DNA of 64,000 nt, from NCBI RefSeq assembly GCF_001194135.2, contig NC_068999.1:31250395-31314394 (forward strand), written 5' to 3'. This DNA comes from Octopus bimaculoides. Lineage: Eukaryota. The notes beneath the pieces are model-generated. The model had not been told where the DNA came from and searched no databases. It saw only the letters and a program-made list of their open reading frames with translations. Within the stretch, counting starts at the first letter, position 1, and every line of letters begins with the position of its first letter. The position numbers and the translations under genes are program-made. Below are positions 13,001-25,455 of this stretch, one piece after another.

Positions 13001-15588
13001 GGAAGCAAGGTCTAGAGTCGAAGGGCCTTAGAGTCAATCTAGCAAAACCCAGAGTCTTAATAAGTAGGAAGGCCAACAAATCACAAATCCCTTCAGGTAG
13101 ATGGCCTTGCTCGATCTGTAGAAAAGGTATTGGTAGAAACTCCATAAGATGTACCTGGTGTAAGCTATGAACATATAAGAGGTGCAGCAATATCAAAGGA
13201 AGGTTAACTGAGAAGATACTTTGTGCGTGTGGCAAATGCTCAAGGGAAATAAACACTGAAAATGTGCAGAAAACAGCTTCCGTCACTTGCCAGGGAAAAA
13301 ACTAGAAGTAATTGATAGCTTACATTACCTAAATGACCAAGTCAGTAGCAGGAGAGGATGCTCTGGGAGTGTAGCTGCTAGAATAAGAATATCTAGGGCA
13401 AAGTTCAGAGAGCTCCTACCTCTGCTGGTGACAAAGGGCCTCTCACTCAGAGTAAAAGGTAGACTGTATGATGCATGTGTACGAACAGCCATGCTACATG
13501 ACAGTGAAGAGGACATGCATAAGCTTGCAAGGAATGAAGCCAGTATGCTCTGCTGGATGTGTAATGTCAGTGTGTATACATGATAGAGTGTAAGCGCCCT
13601 GAGAGAAAAGTTGGACCTAAGAAGCATCAGATGTGGTGTGCAAGAGAGACGACTGCACTGGTATGGTCATGTGTTGAGTATGGATGAGGATGGTTGCGTG
13701 AAAAAGTGTCACACCCTAGCAGTAGAGGGAACCTGTGGAAGAGGTAGACCCAGGAAGACCTGGGATGAGGTGGTGAAACACGACCTTTGAACTTTGGGCC
13801 TCACAGAGGTGATGACAAGTGACCAAGACATTTGGGGATATATTGTGCTTGAGAAAACCCAGCAAGCCAAGTGAGACCGTGACCGTAGAAGCATAACCAG
13901 CCCATTTAAGAGTACCCGTCAATCATTAGGCAATAAACTATGTTTGCGAAAACCTGTTGTGTCAAGTGAAGTCATTGTCGTGACCAATGACAGTACTGCC
14001 TGACTGGTACCCATTGCCAGTGGTACGTAAGAAGCACCATTCGAGTGTGGTCAATGCCAGTGCAACCAGATTGGTCCCATGCTGGTGGCACATAAAAAGC
14101 ACCATTCATGCATGGTCATTGCCAGTGTCACCTGACTGACTCCCGTACCAGTGGCATGTAAAAAGCACCATTCAAGCGTGATTGATTCCAGTGCTGGCTG
14201 ATTGGTCCCGTGCCAGTGGCACGTAAAAAGCACCATTCGAGTGTGGTCATTGCCAGTGTTGTCTGAATGGCTCCAATGCCGGGTGCATGTAAAAAGCATC
14301 ATTCAAACGTGGTTGATGCCAGTACCACCTGACTGGCCCTTGTGCTGGTGGAACGTAAAAAGCACCCACTACACTCTTGGAGTGGTTGGCATTAGGAAGG
14401 GCACCCAGCTGTAGTAAGTTTGCTAGATCAGACTGGAGCCTGGTGCAGCCTTCTGGCTTACCAGCCCTCAGTCAAACCATCCAAGCCATGCCAGCATGGA
14501 AGGCATACATTAAACAACGACAACGATGATGTATATATATGTATATATATGTATAAATATATATATATATATNNNNNNNNNNNNNNNNNNNNNNNNNNNN
14601 NNNNNNNNNNNNNNNNNNNNNNNNNNNNNNNNNNNNNNNNNNNNNNNNNNNNNNNNNNNNNNNNNNNNNNNNNNNNNNNNNNNNNNNNNNNNNNNNNNNN
14701 NNNNNNNNNNNNNNNNNNNNNNNNNNNNNNNNNNNNNNNNNNNNNNNNNNNNNNNNNNNNNNNNNNNNNNNNNNNNNNNNNNNNNNNNNNNNNNNNNNNN
14801 NNNNNNNNNNNNNNNNNNNNNNNNNNNNNNNNNNNNNNNNNNNNNNNNNNNNNNNNNNNNNNNNNNNNNNNNNNNNNNNNNNNNNNNNNNNNNNNNNNNN
14901 NNNNNNNNNNNNNNNNNNNNNNNNNNNNNNNNNNNNNNNNNNNNNNNNNNNNNNNNNNNNNNNNNNNNNNNNNNNNNNNNNNNNNNNNNNNNNNNNNNNN
15001 NNNNNNNNNNNNNNNNNNNNNNNNNNNNNNNNNNNNNNNNNNNNNNNNNNNNNNNNNNNNNNNNNNNNNNNNNNNNNNNNNNNNNNNNNNNNNNNNNNNN
15101 NNNNNNNNNNNNNNNNNNNNNNNNNNNNNNNNNNNNNNNNNNNNNNNNNNNNNNNNNNNNNNNNNNNNNNNNNNNNNNNNNNNNNNNNNNNNNNNNNNNN
15201 NNNNNNNNNNNNNNNNNNNNNNNNNNNNNNNNNNNNNNNNNNNNNNNNNNNNNNNNNNNNNNNNNNNNNNNNNNNNNNNNNNNNNNNNNNNNNNNNNNNN
15301 NNNNNNNNNNNNNNNNNNNNNNNNNNNNNNNNNNNNNNNNNNNNNNNNNNNNNNNNNNNNNNNNNNNNNNNNNNNNNNNNNNNNNNNNNNNNNNNNNNNN
15401 NNNNNNNNNNNNNNNNNNNNNNNNNNNNNNNNNNNNNNNNNNNNNNNNNNNNNNNNNNNNNNNNNNNNNNNNNNNNNNNNNNNNNNNNNNNNNNNNNNNN
15501 NNNNNNNNNNNNNNNNNNNNNNNNNNNNNNNNNNNNNNNNNNNNNNNNGGGAGGGGGATACCCCTTCTCTCTCTCCCCTTCAACCCAA

Positions 15589-15619
<31 letters not shown>

Positions 15620-16796
15620 GTGAGAATTTACAAAAAAACAAAAAACGAAGATGGGTGTCTAAGCAACAAACAGATGTATGAGTTTAATACTTAGAAAGTG
15701 AGAAAGTCTTTTACATTTCGAGCCTACACTCTTTGACAGAAAGGAACACAGAAATAAACAAGGAGAGAAATTAAAAAAGGTTTAGTGGCTAGCGATCTAT
15801 CATGGCGATCTATCTATCTATCTATCTGTCTGTCTGTCTGTGTGTCTGTCTGTGTGTCTGTCTGTCTGTCTATCAACCTATCTAACTACCTATATTTCTA
15901 TCTATCCATCTCCATTGTCATGGAATTTCACACAAAAACAACAAAACCAATGTTCTCTTCTAAACAAAACCCTGCCAAAAACATTAGTTTTATATAAATG
16001 GACAAGCTGTTTGTACATTCACAAAATTTCATTAGACAAATTCGAGAAATAAACGAAACCGCTAATAATAATGAAGAAATAAAAAGATTTTTTTCTAAAA
16101 TTCTGATGATATTTTTTCTCAATATATATATATATATATGTATATATTTGTGTGTGTGTATGTGTGTGTGTGTGTGTGTCTTTCTGTCTGTCTATCTGTC
16201 TGTCTGTGTCTGTGCTTGTACTCCCACCATCGCTGTTGCTGTGTTTACATCCCTGTAAATTAACCATTTGGCAAAACACACTGATAGAATAAGTACTAGG
16301 CTTACAAAGAATAAATCCTGGGCTCTTTTTCTTTGATTAAAGGTCATGCACCAGCATGGCCACAGTCACATGACCAAAACATGTAAAACAATAAGAACCT
16401 ATGCCATTTTAATCCCAAGCAATGCCAGGTATCTCTGCTAGTATTCATTTTTCATTTTCATTTTATCTAGTTTCAGCTCATGAGCTGTGGCCATGCTGGG
16501 GCACCGCCATTTATATATATACATATAAATATGTGACACTTATTCGGTAGCCATGATAAAACTCAGAGTTTCAGNNNNNNNNNNNNNNNNNNNNNNNNNN
16601 NNNNNNNNNNNNNNNNNNNNNNNNNNNNNNNNNNNNNNNNNNNNNNNNNNNNNNNNNNNNNNNNNNNNNNNNNNNNNNGGCATCCGAAACTCAGAGTTTT
16701 ATCATGGCTACCGAATAATTGTCACATGTTTTTACAGATAAATTCCTCTATTTACATAATATCGAGGTCTCTTTCTTTCATTGTTGTCTTTTCTAT

Positions 16797-16838
<42 letters not shown>

Positions 16839-19668
16839 GATTACTCCAAACATTTACCAAGTATGCTCACAGTTAGGTATTCAAAATAGGTTATTCAACA
16901 GTTAAAATACTATAATAATTCTCATAAGAATTTAGAGTTATATTCTGTTGGATAATTCTGAATATATTACCTTAACCATATAGGTTTCCTGGAGTATATA
17001 ATATCAATAATAAAAATAAGGATTATTATGAAGTAGCATAACATTACCTTTAATTCTTTTATATATACAGCTTTACATCGACCTACACATGTTTCAACTT
17101 CATTGATTAGTAACCGTTGCAGTTGCAACCCTACTTTAATACCAGTGCAGTTTCTTCAGGGTCTTTACTTTAATATCCTTTGATTTAACTATTTAAAGTT
17201 TTTCATTTATCTACTCTGTGTTGTATGATGTAGAGTTGTTCATTAATTTAGACACAAATTATTTTCATTCAAGTTTTCATTGGATAATCACTTATAGTCC
17301 ATTATTTCAAAATATTCTGTTGTTTAAATGTTTAGTACTCATTTATACTGAGAAAATGTGAATTTTCTCATATGCAAGTTACATCTTAGGATAATGAATA
17401 CTTTTACAATGGTGTGACTGATAAACCATTTGAGTTCATTGAGAGATAAAAATTAAAGATTCCAAACAAGTCTTAGTAAATTAATCTGGTCTGTTCAAGA
17501 CGGAAACAAAGCTTATACTATCAACTGGGAATTAATTTGTACTGCAAAACCATACAGACCTGGAACTAAAAAATGTGACAAATGTTAAGAAGAATTTTAC
17601 CAAATTTTTACATCTAAGGGTAATATAATAAATTCTAGATAGGAACAAGCATTGAGATGATTGCACATGAGGAAATTCACATTCGCTCAGTATAAGTGAG
17701 TAATAAACATTTAAACAACAGAATATTTTGAAATAATGGACTATAAGTGATTATATAAACAAAACTTGAATTGAAGATAGTGCGCATCTAAATTAATGCA
17801 CAACTAGGTGCAGGAGTGGCTGTGTGGTAAGTAGCTTGCTTACCAACCACATGGTTTCGGGTTCAGTCCCACTGCATGGTACCTTGGGCAAGTGTCTTCT
17901 ACTATAGCCTCGGGCTGACCAAAGCCTTGTGAGTGGATTTGGAAGACGGAAACTAAAAGAAGCCCATCGTATATATGTGTGTGTGTGTGTGTGTCCAACA
18001 TCGCTTGACAACCGATGCTGGTGTTTTTACATCCCCGTAACTTAGCGGTTTGGCAAAGTAGACTGATAGAATAAGTATTAGGCTTACAAAAAATAAGTCC
18101 CAGGGTCAATTTGCTTGACTAAAGGTGGTGCTCCAGCATGGCTGCATTCAAAATGACTGATACAAGTAAAAGAGTAACTCTACATCATACAATGCAGAGT
18201 AGATAAACGAAAAGCTTTAAACAGTTAGATCAAAGGATATTAAAGTAAAGACCCCGAAGTAACTGCACTGGTATTATAGAAGGGTCAAAGTTACAATGAT
18301 TACTAATCATTTAATATGTGTGTTTCAGGTTTGCATGATATATAATAAGAAATACATCCATTACTTAAATCTTCCACAGTTAAAGCATTTCAACTAATAC
18401 AATTTAATACCAGTACAAACCTGATCTTGACTCCATTTATGTAGATAGTATAACAATGACTTGAGGTAATTTGTTATATTTGACTATAGTAAAAAATTCT
18501 GGGACCATTCACTGCTTCTGAGTGTCAACATGAAATATATATAGTATTGACCACACATACTAGATGTATGTGTTTTGTTTGTTTGCCAGTTCACTGTGAT
18601 ATAGTAGTTGGGGGATAACTCTCTTGTAATGCTGGGTGTTAAAACACCTGAACATCATAGCTATCATATACCTGAATCAAACTGGGAATGATTCAAATAG
18701 CCAGTTTATAACTATATATAAACAGTGTAAGAACTATTTGCAGATATGCCATGGTGTTGCTCACTTAGGATTAAATTCAATAACAAATTAAAGACAGCGC
18801 TAGTGTTGTAAACATTATTGACTGCACATACTCAATGTACATGTTTTGTTTGTTCATTGGTGCATCACTATGGCATATCAGCAAACAGTTCTTGCATTAT
18901 TTATTTATTGTCATAGACTAGCAATTCAATTCGTTCCTCATTCAATTCAGGTATGTGATGTTGATAAGCCACAAAAATGGTGAAATATTGGTATCCATCA
19001 CTTCTGAATTCAATCAAAGGCAAGCTGTCTTGCCTGTTTATGGCTTTCAGATGCTTTAACATCAGTGTTATGAGGGATTCGTCCCACCAAGTGGTATATC
19101 ATGGAAGTGAGATCAGCTGTTGGCCAAGGCAAGTCACATGATGTTGTTAGAAGTGAGATCAGCATTTCAGTGACATCCGATATATTAGAAAGAATTTCTT
19201 GGACTGCATGACTGGACAGGAAGCTTGTGGCTTTTTGGTGTCTGGTGGACTTTTGTGTGGGGACATGGAAGCTGACAAAAGTAAGACCAGTGAGTGCATG
19301 TGCGTGTGTCTGTTTGTGTGTGTATGTGTCTTTGTGTGTGTGTGTGTGTACCTGATGTATGAGTGCATGGATGTAGGTGTGTTATTGATTGTATGAATGT
19401 GTCTATGTGTATGTTTGTGTACATATGGTATATATGTGTGTGGATACGTGTGCATTAGTGCTTGCCCTATAAGCATGTATGCATTTTTGTTTGGTGTGTG
19501 TACATGTATATGCATGCTTTTGGTATTTATGTGTGTGAGCGTGACCAATGTATGCTAAAGTAGTTGCAACAGCATTGCTGGGGGAAGGGAAGTAGGTGTT
19601 GGACTGGGGTCTGGTGGTATGGGAGGAGAAGTATATGTATATAGACAGGCAGACAGACAGACAGTCAG

Positions 19669-19701
<33 letters not shown>

Positions 19702-22700
19702 CTCTTGCTGATTTTGGTTCACTCAGCTTCCAGGTCTCCACAAAATCTCACCAGACATTGAGAAACCACAAGCTTCTTGTCCAGTCATGTAGTTGCTGAT
19801 ATGCCATGTGACCTGCCTTGACCAATAGCAGCACATTTTCCAGTAGCTATCTTGGTCTTCCTGTGTTTCTTCATTCAGTAGTCTGAGCCTGAACTCACAG
19901 GGATTTTGCTAGAAGTCTGTGAAACTTTAAATCACATTTTCTTTTGCTTGTTCACACACACATGCTACAATGTCATACACACACACTTCATGCACAAACA
20001 CACACATGCATGCAAGATCACATGCACACACACACACACACTCACACTTGCTACTCACACATGGCATATATATTCACATTAGCTGCTACACACATGCATT
20101 TGCATACACTCACACACACACACATCCTCTAGCCTGACACACACATACATTACACAACCTCAGACACTCCCACACATATACACATGTCCACACACATGCA
20201 TAAATACATGGAGCACACATCGCAACACACAGTGCATGTACTTGTTTATTCACACACATCCACATGCTGACATGCACACAAGCTTGCCACACACATATAC
20301 ACATGCACCTGCCTATACACACATTATCTTCACATACACATGCACCCTTGAACACACACGCTTTAGTCATGTTCTGTTGTCTTCTTGTCCACCAACCACT
20401 TTCCACCAATCACTTCCTTCTTTGCAGTTAATCTAACATGTGAAACTGTTAAGCCAGATATATTTTTTCGTTTTCTCTCTCTCCATGTTTCCTCTCTCCT
20501 CATTTCTTTCTGTAGAAGAGTGTAAGCATGAAATGTCAAAGACTCTTCTATTTTTCCTGAGCTTCAAACTAATACACCTTGTTTGATTTTTCCTCACCTG
20601 TCCCTGTCTTTTGTTTTTTGATTTTTGCACATTTCAAAATCTGTGTGTGTGTGTGTGTACGTGCGCATGTGTGTTTGCATGCATGCATGTGTGCATGTTA
20701 TGATCTGATACATTAGATTTTTATCTCTCTACCCTGAAGATGGAGGCCAGATCTATTCAATGTTTATTTGCTTCCATTACTGGTTGCATATTCTAGTGAA
20801 CTACATCCGCCAACATTATGAAGTAACTCCAAGGCTCCAGAAATAGCTGCCAGGCTTGTAACACCATACCTTCTCCTCTTTAATTTTCTATGTCTTTGTA
20901 CTCTGTTTAAGTTTGCTCTGTTATTATATAAATATCTATATATTTATACTTGAATATTCATCCTCTGAAAATGTTTAGTCTTTGCTTTCTCTCTACTTAC
21001 ATGTATACATGTATGTCTATTTTGTATATCTAACCCAAGCAGTTTTATTTGTTTATTTCCATCATTGTTTTTCTCTATGTATGTATGTATGTATGTATGT
21101 ATGTATGTATGTATGTATGTATGTATGTATGTATATATATGTATATATAAACATGTATGTGTGTGTGTCCATGTCTATATATATAGTCAATATGGGGGTA
21201 TAACAGGAGTGGTATAACCAATTTGTCTTGTCTATGTTGAAAAAATTGGACAATGAAAGTAGTAGAAATATAATACGTCAGTAATATTGATTGAAAATAA
21301 TTGGGGGAAGGGTCAAATGGCTTTGTGGATTGGTCAGTGTGCATATCTGCTACCAGTTGTCTCTAGAGTATTTAATTCTCTTGTAAACTTAATTCGGTAG
21401 ACTCAATTTCACAGACAATGTTACCTGTGATAGACTTGTGAACTATCCAAGAAGAATAATGTCTTTAATCTATTTAATTTGATTAAATCAGGAGCAAAAA
21501 GTTATAACTGTACTTTCTTGTGACTGATGGAGGCATTAATGAGTATAGATGCAGAATTTAAGTTAATGTCTTGGTGGGCTACAACTGAAGTGGTTTAGAC
21601 TGACTGAAAACAATTAGACTAGTGGTTTTCAAGATTTAGTTGTTAAAATTTATCTGCAATAAATTGCTTATACTTCTACAATACGCTAAAATATTTATAA
21701 AGTTTTCTCATGCAATTCCAAATAATATTCAATTATAAAATCATAATGAGATTTTTTAAAATTTCAAATGGCTAGGGAGAGGGTGTCCAGTGGAGTAAAA
21801 TAGGAATCAAAGGGGTTCACAGGCAAAAAATGATTGAGAACCACTGAATTAGAGTCAGCACGTGATGAAATGTCACTTGGCAAGGATCAAAAATGGTTAT
21901 TTCAGAAGAGTTCTTATTCAAGTTATTATGATAAAATTAATAATTGAGATCAAATCCATAACTGGAGTTGATTGTGTCTCTGGAACAAAAAATTACTTTG
22001 GTTAACCTCAGAAGTTAGGAATAAATGCCAGATTTTTCTGAGAAACTAAATTATGACACACCAGTATTCCTATTCAGGAGGAGGTTTTTCCTCATCCTTT
22101 TGATGGAAACTGGAGTGAACTAATTCAATGTATTTCTAAAATATATTAAAAGATTAACATTTTATGACATTTTAAAATTCTAGCTAGTATCTCAATGGAA
22201 ATTGATTAATAATGAAGTCAGGTATATATTTTTGGAGTGAAATAATTACTAATCATTTTAATGATAGCATTTCTGCAACACTCACCTTTTCATTTAGGGC
22301 ATATAATTTATTTGTGATGTCACGGCCAAATATGAGACAAAGAACAGTAGCCAGGTATGGTTCCTTGATCATTAAATATTCTAAACTGTGTCGTGACCAG
22401 AAAATATAACGACATGTGGTATCAGCAACTATAGACACCTGAAACAGAGAGAAGACAAAGAGAAATTATAATATAGTAACATATGTTGAAAGACAGACAG
22501 ACAGATATACACACACACACATATGCATACATATGAGAAATGAATGCATGGAAGGGTATATGAAAAAGTATTCAATACATAAAACAGAACAAAGTAATTT
22601 ATTAAAACAAAAAAATTAGAATCATTTCTTCTTTTGGTTCTTCAGATGGTTATAGGAATTATAAGTGTGATTCTCATAAAAGCATGTGAAATCAGTCCAT

Positions 22701-22735
22701 TGGTTTTAGTTGGATTAACAGAATAATGATGGAAG

Positions 22736-22802
<67 letters not shown>

Positions 22803-22819
22803 TAGAGAGAGAGAGATAA

Positions 22820-22882
<63 letters not shown>

Positions 22883-25416
22883 GTTTACTGAGTGCTTCAA
22901 ATTCTTGCTTGAAAACCCAAACAGATAAATATATAGCTGTATGCATATATCCTCCTTCTCCTCATCATCGTCATTGTTTCTTGTCCACTTTTTATATTAA
23001 CATAAGTTACATGGAGTATCAAAATTGGAATCAGTACATATCTGGAAGTAACGCTCACTTAGATGGCCTGGAAGACTACCTCTTAATGATGTGTTTCAAT
23101 TTTTGGCATGGTTTCTTCTATGACTGAATGCCCCACTGAACATCAACTTTACTGTGTACTAGGTGCATTTTTCACGATACCATGAGAAGTACTCATTACT
23201 TTGATAAGACTAAAGAGTCTTCTTGACTCTATGTCTCAATTTGCTTGCTACCAATTTACAGAATGAGAAGTACGAGTGATAGAGGCACATCTGGCAGAGG
23301 CATGAATGATAATGGCAAGTGAGATGAGTAATGGGAGAACTCAGTATTCTGAGATATGTATTCCCATTCAAGACAATATTAGCAAGAGTATAGAAAGATG
23401 GCAGAAGATAATGCAACCCAAGAGATTGAGTGATGGCAAAGGAAGAGTCAGGATGAGTGGATGAAAAGGAGCAAGAGAATGATAGCAGACAGAATGAAAC
23501 AGAGTGATGACTAGCAATACAGGTAGTGGGGAGGGTGAATGCAGAGTGTACTGGGCATAACAGGTCCAGGGTACGATGGGTAAATTGCCGCCATTTTATA
23601 TTTTTAAAATACACATTGTTTGTTTTTGATGTTGTTGACTATACAGTATAGTAGGGTCAGTTGGGCACCATCTCTGAGAAAAATAACTGCATAACGTAAT
23701 TCACTCTGCTAAGAATTTGGAAACGACATGCTGTACTGCTTGGTATTTGTGCCAGAAGCTCCAATATGAACAGATGGTGAACACACAGAACAGCCATTGG
23801 CTTGCTATATCCCCAAAGCATGTACCAAGAGTGATAAAAAATAAACACCCAGTTAGCAACATGGTGTTTGGAGTGATCACTAGTGATGGTGATGTTATGC
23901 CTCCATTCATCTTCCCACATGGCCTCAGACTCAACGTGGAGGCCTACATTAAGTGCCTAGAGGAGGTAGTGCTGCCCTGGGTCAATAAGATGGCTATTGG
24001 AAGACCCTATGTCTGGCAACAAGAGTCTGCACTACGCCACACAAGCAGGAGAACCCAGTCATGGCTGTCAGACAATTTCCATGACCACATCACCCCTAAC
24101 ATCTGGCAACCTAACTCTTCAAATTGCAACCTCTTTTGTTATTATGTGTGGGGTGCAATTGAGTGAGAGACCAACAAAACTCCTTGTAACACCAAAGATG
24201 AACTGAAGGCAAGGATTATGGCAGCATTCTCCAGCTTACACAAGAAGACCGTCCAGGAGATTCCAGAGATTGCAGGAGATTCCAAAGTCGTCTAGAGCCC
24301 ATGGTTGAAGCCAATGGCGATTTTATTGAATAAATTTACTCTTTAGTATTTCAAGATATTTTTATGTAATTTTGGTAAANNNNNNNNNNNNNNNNNNNNN
24401 NNNNNNNNNNNNNNNNNNNNNNNNNNNNNNNNNNNNNNNNNNNNNNNNNNNNNNNNNNNNNNNNNNNNNNNNNNNNNNNNNNNNNNNNNNNNNNNNNNNN
24501 NNNNNNNNNNNNNNNNNNNNNNNNNNNNNNNNNNNNNNNNNNNNNNNNNNNNNNNNNNNNNNNNNNNNNNNNNNNNNNNNNNNNNNNNNNNNNNNNNNNN
24601 NNNNNNNNNNNNNNNNNNNNNNNNNNNNNNNNNNNNNNNNNNNNNNNNNNNNNNNNNNNNNNNNNNNNNNNNNNNNNNNNNNNNNNNNNNNNNNNNNNNN
24701 NNNNNNNNNNNNNNNNNNNNNNNNNNNNNNNNNNNNNNNNNNNNNNNNNNNNNNNNNNNNNNNNNNNNNNNNNNNNNNNNNNNNNNNNNNNNNNNNNNNN
24801 NNNNNNNNNNNNNNNNNNNNNNNNNNNNNNNNNNNNNNNNNNNNNNNNNNNNNNNNNNNNNNNNNNNNNNNNNNNNNNNNNNNNNNNNNNNNNNNNNNNN
24901 NNNNNNNNNNNNNNNNNNNNNNNNNNNNNNNNNNNNNNNNNNNNNNNNNNNNNNNNNNNNNNNNNNNNNNNNNNNNNNNNNNNNNNNNNNNNNNNNNNNN
25001 NNNNNNNNNNNNNNNNNNNNNNNNNNNNNNNNNNNNNNNNNNNNNNNNNNNNNNNNNNNNNNNNNNNNNNNNNNNNNNNNNNNNNNNNNNNNNNNNNNNN
25101 NNNNNNNNNNNNNNNNNNNNNNNNNNNNNNNNNNNNNNNNNNNNNNNNNNNNNNNNNNNNNNNNNNNNNNNNNNNNNNNNNNNNNNNNNNNNNNNNNNNN
25201 NNNNNNNNNNNNNNNNNNNNNNNNNNNNNNNNNNNNNNNNNNNNNNNNNNCTATTCTTTTCCTTCTCTCTAGAATTTTTCCTCTCTCAGAAGAAGAGTTA
25301 TGCTTGAAACTTCACAACCCCTCTTTTTTTCCATCTGAAACCGAGCACCAGCCCGAACAGTCACTGTGTACATCCTTTTGACTTTTGTTGTTCTTGTTTT
25401 TATTTTTGATTTGCCT

Positions 25417-25455
<39 letters not shown>

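Larger units (their letters stand above)
17060..18310 (+). mobile_element. Penelope-like element (second family): GIY-YIG C-terminal remnant between inverted arms, SINE in the right arm
   Basis: The loop encodes [46 protein letters not shown]. Arms 17101-17377 vs 17661-17805 plus 18176-18310. Confidence 0.8.

Noticed and set aside
13985-14370. Regularly spaced repeats resembling a CRISPR array
   Set aside because: The whole 65-66 bp unit is homologous between copies (no unique spacers), it lies in a LINE 3' UTR, and the genome is eukaryotic with no cas genes.
17806-17880. tRNA-like A and B boxes
   Set aside because: SINE head; no complete cloverleaf, and it is joined to a SINE body repeated across the window.
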